DNA of 38,565 nucleotides from positions 1 through 38,565 of the forward strand of contig JBLIZX010000084.1 in the NCBI GenBank assembly GCA_048860285.1, written 5' to 3'. The position numbers and the translations under genes were made by a program. Below, piece after piece: positions 31,724-38,565 of the stretch. Positions within the stretch are counted from its first letter, which is position 1. Each line of letters starts with the position of its first letter. The DNA comes from Macromonas sp. Lineage in GTDB: Bacteria; Pseudomonadota; Gammaproteobacteria; Burkholderiales; Burkholderiaceae_C. The notes under the pieces are model-generated. The model made no database searches. It was not told the DNA's origin and saw only the letters and a program-made list of their open reading frames with translations.

Positions 31724-33628
31724 TTACCCCAATAGATCCTTGATTTGCTGCAAAGCAGCGGGGTCGTCCATGGTGGTCAGGTCACCGGGGTCGCGGCCTT
31801 CGCACACCGCTTGGATGGCGCGGCGCAGCAGTTTGCCCGAACGGGTCTTGGGCAACACGTTGACAAAACGCACATGGGCCGGGCGGGCCACTGCGCCCAG
31901 TTGTTCATCGACGCGGTGCATGATGTCGCGTTCTTGTTGGCGCGTGGCTTCGTCACCCGCAGCCAGACTTGGGTCTTTGAGCACCACAAACGCCACCGCC
32001 ACTTGGCCTTTGACGCTGTCGGCCACACCCACCACGGCCACTTCGGCCACGTTGGGATGGCTGGAGATGCTTTCTTCAATTTCGCGGGTACCCAAGCGGT
32101 GGCCAGCAACGTTGATCACGTCGTCGGTGCGGCCCAGAATGAAGAAGTAGCCATCTTCGTCTTTGACACCCCAGTCGAAGGTGCTGTACATGACGCGGTT
32201 GTAAATGCTCGACCAGTAGGTCTTGACGTAACGTGCGTCGTCGCCCCAGATGGTTTGCAGACAGCCAGGCGGCAGCGGGCCTTCGACCGCGATCACGCCC
32301 TTGCGGTTGGCCTCGTTGATTTCTTCGCCGGTGGTTTCGTCGATCAATTTGATGTCGTAGCCGTACACCGCTTTGCCCGGTGAGCCGAATTTGGTGGGCG
32401 CTTCTTCCACACCATTGCAGATGGCCATGATGGGCCAGCCGGTTTCGGTTTGCCAGTAGTTGTCGATGATGGGCTTTTTGATCGCGTCGGCAATCCAAGT
32501 GGCGGTGGGTTCGTCCAGCGGCTCACCCGCCAGGAACAAGGCCTTGAGGCTGCTCAAGTCGTACTTGGTCAGGTAAGCCGGATCTTGCTTTTTGAGCACG
32601 CGCGCCGCCGTGGGCGCGCTGAACATGACGCTGACTTTGTATTTCTCCACCAAACTCCACCAAATGCCCGCGTCGGGGCGGGTGGGCAGGCCTTCGTACA
32701 TGATGGTGGCCATGCCGTGGATCAACGGCGCGTAGATGATGTAGCTGTGGCCCACCACCCAACCAATGTCGCTGGTGCTGAAGTAGGTTTCGCCCGGTTC
32801 GCCCATGTAAATGTGCTTCATGGACGCAGCCAGCGCCACGGCGTAGCCGCCGGTGTCGCGCTGCACGCCTTTGGGCTTGCCGGTGGTACCGCTGGTGTAC
32901 AGAATGTAGCTGGGGTGGGTGCTTTCGACCCATTCGCACGGTACCACGGTGTCGAGTTGTTGTTCGCGCAAGGTGGCGTAGTCCACGTCGCGCCCAGCCA
33001 CGGGGGCCAAATCGGCCAAACCACGGTTGACCATCAACACATGGGCGGGTTTGTGGCTGGACAGTTCAATGGCTTCGTCCAGCAGGTGCTTGTACGGCAA
33101 CACTTTGCCACCGCGCATACCGGCATCGGCACTCACCACCACGGTGGGCTGGGCATCTTCAATGCGGCTGGCCAAAGCGTGGCTGGCAAAGCCCCCGAAC
33201 ACCACGGAGTGGATGGCACCAATGCGCACCGCTGCCAACATGGCAAAGCAAGCCTCGGCAATCATGGGCATGTAAATCAGCACACGGTCACCCTTGCGCA
33301 CGCCCAAGGCCTGGTAGATGGCGGCAAAGCGTTGCACCTCGGCGTGCAGTTCACGGAAGCTGTACGCTTTTTCGGTGTTGGTCTCGGTGGAGACAAACAC
33401 CAGTGCGTTTTGGTCGGGACGTGTGGCCAAATGGCGGTCTACCGCGTTGTGGCACAGGTTGGTCACCCCACCTTCAAACCAACGTGCAAACGGAGGTTTG
33501 TCGTAGTTGCAAACGCGGTCGTAAGGCTGATGCCAGTCGATCATCTGGGCTTGCTCGCCCCAGAAAGCGTCGCGCTCGTCGATGGAGCGGCGGTAAAAGT
33601 CGGTGTAGGAAGCGGTGGCGGAACTCAT
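31724..33628 (-). CDS. prpE: Propionate--CoA ligase
   Basis: NLCHNAVDRHL, YTSGTTGKPKGVQRDTGGY, SDIGWVVGHSY, LAGEPLDE, DNYWQTETG, PKTRSGKLLRR. Confidence 0.92.
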   Translation of the reverse strand: MSSATASYTDFYRRSIDERDAFWGEQAQMIDWHQPYDRVCNYDKPPFARWFEGGVTNLCHNAVDRHLATRPDQNALVFVSTETNTEKAYSFRELHAEVQRFAAIYQALGVRKGDRVLIYMPMIAEACFAMLAAVRIGAIHSVVFGGFASHALASRIEDAQPTVVVSADAGMRGGKVLPYKHLLDEAIELSSHKPAHVLMVNRGLADLAPVAGRDVDYATLREQQLDTVVPCEWVESTHPSYILYTSGTTGKPKGVQRDTGGYAVALAASMKHIYMGEPGETYFSTSDIGWVVGHSYIIYAPLIHGMATIMYEGLPTRPDAGIWWSLVEKYKVSVMFSAPTAARVLKKQDPAYLTKYDLSSLKALFLAGEPLDEPTATWIADAIKKPIIDNYWQTETGWPIMAICNGVEEAPTKFGSPGKAVYGYDIKLIDETTGEEINEANRKGVIAVEGPLPPGCLQTIWGDDARYVKTYWSSIYNRVMYSTFDWGVKDEDGYFFILGRTDDVINVAGHRLGTREIEESISSHPNVAEVAVVGVADSVKGQVAVAFVVLKDPSLAAGDEATRQQERDIMHRVDEQLGAVARPAHVRFVNVLPKTRSGKLLRRAIQAVCEGRDPGDLTTMDDPAALQQIKDLLG

Positions 33629-33751
33629 GCAAGTCTCCTGATCAATTATTCATAATTATGAGAAGACTGATCTTGCGTCATGCTGACAAGTGCCGGGCAG
33701 GCTCACCTACCCGTAGCAGCAAGCCACATCACGCAACCAAGCCCACGCGGC

Positions 33752-35944
33752 TCAACTGCCCAGCACACCCCCGTCTTTTTTGGTGATGACAATGGTAGCC
33801 GAACGCGGGCGCTGGCCCGCGCCGTAACCTGCGTTGGCGGGCCATTGGCTGGTGTATTTGGATGGATCACCGATGTGGGCCATCTTGGTGTTCTCGCCCG
33901 GGTGCTGGATGTTGATGAACATCGCTTTGCCGTCCGGCGTTTCACACCAACCCGTGATTTCGCAGTCTTTGGGGCCCACCAAGAAGCGTTTCAGCGTGGT
34001 GTCAGAAGGCGCTTTGCCCACACGGGTGGTCACTGGCCGGGTGCTGCCATTGGCCAGTGGATGTTGCAGGGTTTTGGCACCACCATCGCCCACTTGGCCC
34101 GGAATGGCCGCCAGCAACATGCAGTTGCTTTGGTCGGTGTAGGCGCTGTCGTCGGTCTGAATCCAGCACACGCCGGTGGTGGGACTGAACACCAAGCCAT
34201 CGGGCGACGAAAAGTCGTTGGCATCGGTTAGGTTGGAGAGGTTGCCCAACGAACGGTCGGCACCAGCCTCGGCACCAAACAGATAAATGTCCCACTTGAA
34301 GGTGGTGGCAGCGGGTTGGGTATCGGCCAAGCGGACGATGTGGCCATTGACGTTGCCAGTTTGTGTTTTGCCCGCCTTGTCATCGCTGTAGGCGCGCGGG
34401 TTGGCAGCGTCGGCGCGTTCGGCGGTGCGGGTGCTGTTGTTGGTGAGTGTCATGTAGAACTCACCGTTCTTGGGATTGACACCACCCCATTCAGGCCGAT
34501 CCATTTTGGTAGCCCCCACCACATCGGCAGCCAAGCGGGTGAACACCGCAATTTCAGCTTCGGAGGCAAATTGGAACGTGGGGTTGTTGGTCAGCGTCGG
34601 GTTGGCCAACGACAACTCCAGCCACTCGCCAGTGCCATCCTCACGAAAACGCGCGGCGTAGAGTTTTCCTTGGTTCAGGTACTTGTCGCCCACCGCCAAA
34701 CGGTTGACGGCATGCGCGTCTTTGGGATCCCACTTGGCATCCGACACAAATTTGTAGATGTATTCGTTGCGTGCGTCGTCGCCCATGTAGGCCACGACCG
34801 GCTCACCAGCCACGGTTTTGGCAAAGCTCACGCTTTCGTGGGCAAAACGGCCCAGCGCCGAGCGTTTGCGCACTTTAAAAGCCGGGTTGTAAGCGTCCAT
34901 TTCGACCACGTAGCCAAAGGTGTTCATCTCGTGGCGGTAATCTTGTGCGGCACTGTCGGCCAACGCGCTATTGTTCCAGCGCACGTACAGGTCTTGCGGG
35001 CCGGCGCTTTCCCAGCCGTGGCGGCTGGCTGCGCCCGCTTTGCGGCCATAGCGGTTGAGGGCGATCACGTCTTTGCTGTCTTTGCCACGGCGTTGATCGT
35101 CTTGGGCATCGCGGAAGAAGTAGCCGTTCCAGTTTTCTTCACCGGAAACCAAGGTACCCCACGGGGTTTTTCCAGTGCCACAATTGTTGAGCGTGCCACG
35201 TGCCACCGAAGCGTTGGGGCTGAACTTGGTCACCGCCAGCGCGCTACCGCGCAACGGGCCGTGCAGCTCGACTTCGGTGTTGACCGTGATGCGCCGGTTA
35301 AAGCGCGAATCCTGTTGGTAGGCCCAGCGGCCCTTGCGCGCCCGCACTTCAACCACCGACAAACCGTGGATAGCCAGTTCCTTGTCCACCTCGGAGGCAG
35401 GACGCGGCAAGCTGGCCTGACCACCATTGGCATGAATAAAAAAAGAGGTCAGTTTTTCGTCGGTGGTGGCCTCGTGGTTGACGGCCAGTAGGCCCCGGGT
35501 GGTGGCACTGGTGCTGGGCTGGTCCAACTCGTCCAGCCCAAACCATTCCATGCCGTCGTGGTGGTCACCCGCACGGCGATCAAAGTTGGTGTCGGTGCCA
35601 TCGTTTTTGTAAGCGGGTGTTTGCGCGTCCAGCGGATCACCCAGCGCATAGATGATCTGGTACTGGTAGCCCTCGGCCAGGCTGATGCGGTCGGCCAGAC
35701 TCTTGGCCACAGGCTTGAAGCCCAGCGCGTTGAGGTAGCCCGACGCTTTGCGGGGCACAGCATGGCTGGCGGCGTGGGCCAATCCCGTCGCGCCCAGCAA
35801 CCCCGCACCGGCTGCGCCCATCGCCCCCAACAGTACCCCCCGGCGGCTCAGACGCGCATCCAGCACTTGCGCAAATGCTTGATTCGGGCTGTGGTTGTGG
35901 ATTGCTGCGTCGGCTAGGGCGCTGGGTTTGGTGTGGTGGGGCAT
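33752..35944 (-). CDS. phoX: PhoX-family alkaline phosphatase, Tat-exported (ORF can extend to TTG 35956)
   Basis: SRRGVL twin-arginine signal with AHA cleavage site. GDHHDGM, NHE, NNC, TPWGT.VSGEEN, GRFAHE, MDRPEW, SPD, NIQHPGE, PRSAT motifs. Pho box upstream. Confidence 0.93.
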   Translation of the reverse strand: MPHHTKPSALADAAIHNHSPNQAFAQVLDARLSRRGVLLGAMGAAGAGLLGATGLAHAASHAVPRKASGYLNALGFKPVAKSLADRISLAEGYQYQIIYALGDPLDAQTPAYKNDGTDTNFDRRAGDHHDGMEWFGLDELDQPSTSATTRGLLAVNHEATTDEKLTSFFIHANGGQASLPRPASEVDKELAIHGLSVVEVRARKGRWAYQQDSRFNRRITVNTEVELHGPLRGSALAVTKFSPNASVARGTLNNCGTGKTPWGTLVSGEENWNGYFFRDAQDDQRRGKDSKDVIALNRYGRKAGAASRHGWESAGPQDLYVRWNNSALADSAAQDYRHEMNTFGYVVEMDAYNPAFKVRKRSALGRFAHESVSFAKTVAGEPVVAYMGDDARNEYIYKFVSDAKWDPKDAHAVNRLAVGDKYLNQGKLYAARFREDGTGEWLELSLANPTLTNNPTFQFASEAEIAVFTRLAADVVGATKMDRPEWGGVNPKNGEFYMTLTNNSTRTAERADAANPRAYSDDKAGKTQTGNVNGHIVRLADTQPAATTFKWDIYLFGAEAGADRSLGNLSNLTDANDFSSPDGLVFSPTTGVCWIQTDDSAYTDQSNCMLLAAIPGQVGDGGAKTLQHPLANGSTRPVTTRVGKAPSDTTLKRFLVGPKDCEITGWCETPDGKAMFINIQHPGENTKMAHIGDPSKYTSQWPANAGYGAGQRPRSATIVITKKDGGVLGS

Positions 35945-35978
35945 GCGCTGTCTCAAGGGTGGTTAAAAGATGGCGCAA

Positions 35979-36011
35979 AGTATTGAACAGGCACATTGCA
36001 ACTTTGTGACA

Positions 36012-36012
<1 letters not shown>
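35979..36012 (-). promoter_or_regulatory. Pho box (PhoB site) plus -10 for phoX
   Basis: Minus strand ATGTCAC-AAAG-TTGCAAT (36012-35995; 11-bp spaced half-sites resembling CTGTCAT-N4-CTGTCAC), then exactly 10 bp, then AATACT (35984-35979). Confidence 0.7.
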
Positions 36013-38221
<2,209 letters not shown>

Positions 38222-38266
38222 TGCGTTGCTCGCGGTGCTGCCAGCACCGCTGAGATTGAGACATCT

Positions 38267-38292
38267 AGGGCACTTGCCAAGGTGCCCTTTTT
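38267..38292 (+). terminator. Rho-independent terminator of pobA
   Basis: AGGGCAC-ttgccaag-GTGCCCT followed by TTTT. Preceded by a second perfect inverted repeat, GCGGTGCTG-c-CAGCACCGC (38232-38250). Confidence 0.7.
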
Positions 38293-38308
38293 CATGGAAA
38301 TGGACGGC

Positions 38309-38565
38309 TCAAGCTGTCAGCTTCAAACCCACGATGCCCGCCACGATGAGGCCCACGCACGCCAGCCTGGCCACGGTGGCCGGTTCGCCCAGCAAGACGA
38401 TGCCGCACACAACGGTGCCCACCGCGCCGATACCCGTCCAGACCGCGTAGGCCGTGCCCACCGGCAAGGTGCGCAGCGCCAGCCCCAGCAGGCCAACGCT
38501 GGCCACCATCGCCACCAGCGTGCCCACCGAAGGCCAGAAGCGGGTAAAGCCCTCGGTGTATTTCA
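38309..38565 (-). CDS. sugE: SMR-family exporter Gdx/SugE (5' end outside the window)
   Basis: Frame open from the window edge: [15 protein letters not shown]...[18 protein letters not shown]...GIVGLKL. Confidence 0.88.
   Translation of the reverse strand, partial: KYTEGFTRFWPSVGTLVAMVASVGLLGLALRTLPVGTAYAVWTGIGAVGTVVCGIVLLGEPATVARLACVGLIVAGIVGLKLTA

Noticed and set aside
33694-33713. Hairpin CGGGTAGG-TGAG-CCTGCCCG after phoX as a terminator
   Set aside because: No U-tract follows, so it cannot be called an intrinsic terminator.
38288-38295. TTTTTCAT, the octamer I recall as the Tn4371-family ICE target
   Set aside because: It is simply the U-tract of the pobA terminator. No integrase, no second copy flanking a segment and no element-end sequence is visible.

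Overview
Core chromosomal window of a GC-rich betaproteobacterium; gene order and the PurA insert point to Comamonadaceae/Burkholderiales. Left: ybbA (partial) and tesA diverge. A ~20 kb minus-strand housekeeping run follows: rluD-scpB-rluB-ndk-rlmN-pilW-rodZ-ispG-hisS-yfgM-bamB-der-hfq-hflX-hflK-hflC-hisZ-purA-metC. Middle: bamD, a DUF3297-like gene divergent from a class A PBP with an unusual Trp/Pro-rich tail, and sucA-sucB-lpdA-zapE. Right: a more accessory tail of prpE, Tat-exported phoX with a Pho box, divergent pobR/pobA with a clear operator, and a partial gdx/sugE. I see no CRISPR array, rRNA, tRNA, integrase or transposase, and no convincing new multi-gene system. The best leads are non-coding: the sucA leader (matches the orphan sucA riboswitch-candidate motif), a two-state structured scpB leader, and an SD-occluding hairpin/palindrome before prpE. 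All calls come from motif recognition and hand pairing; no searches or folding programs were run.
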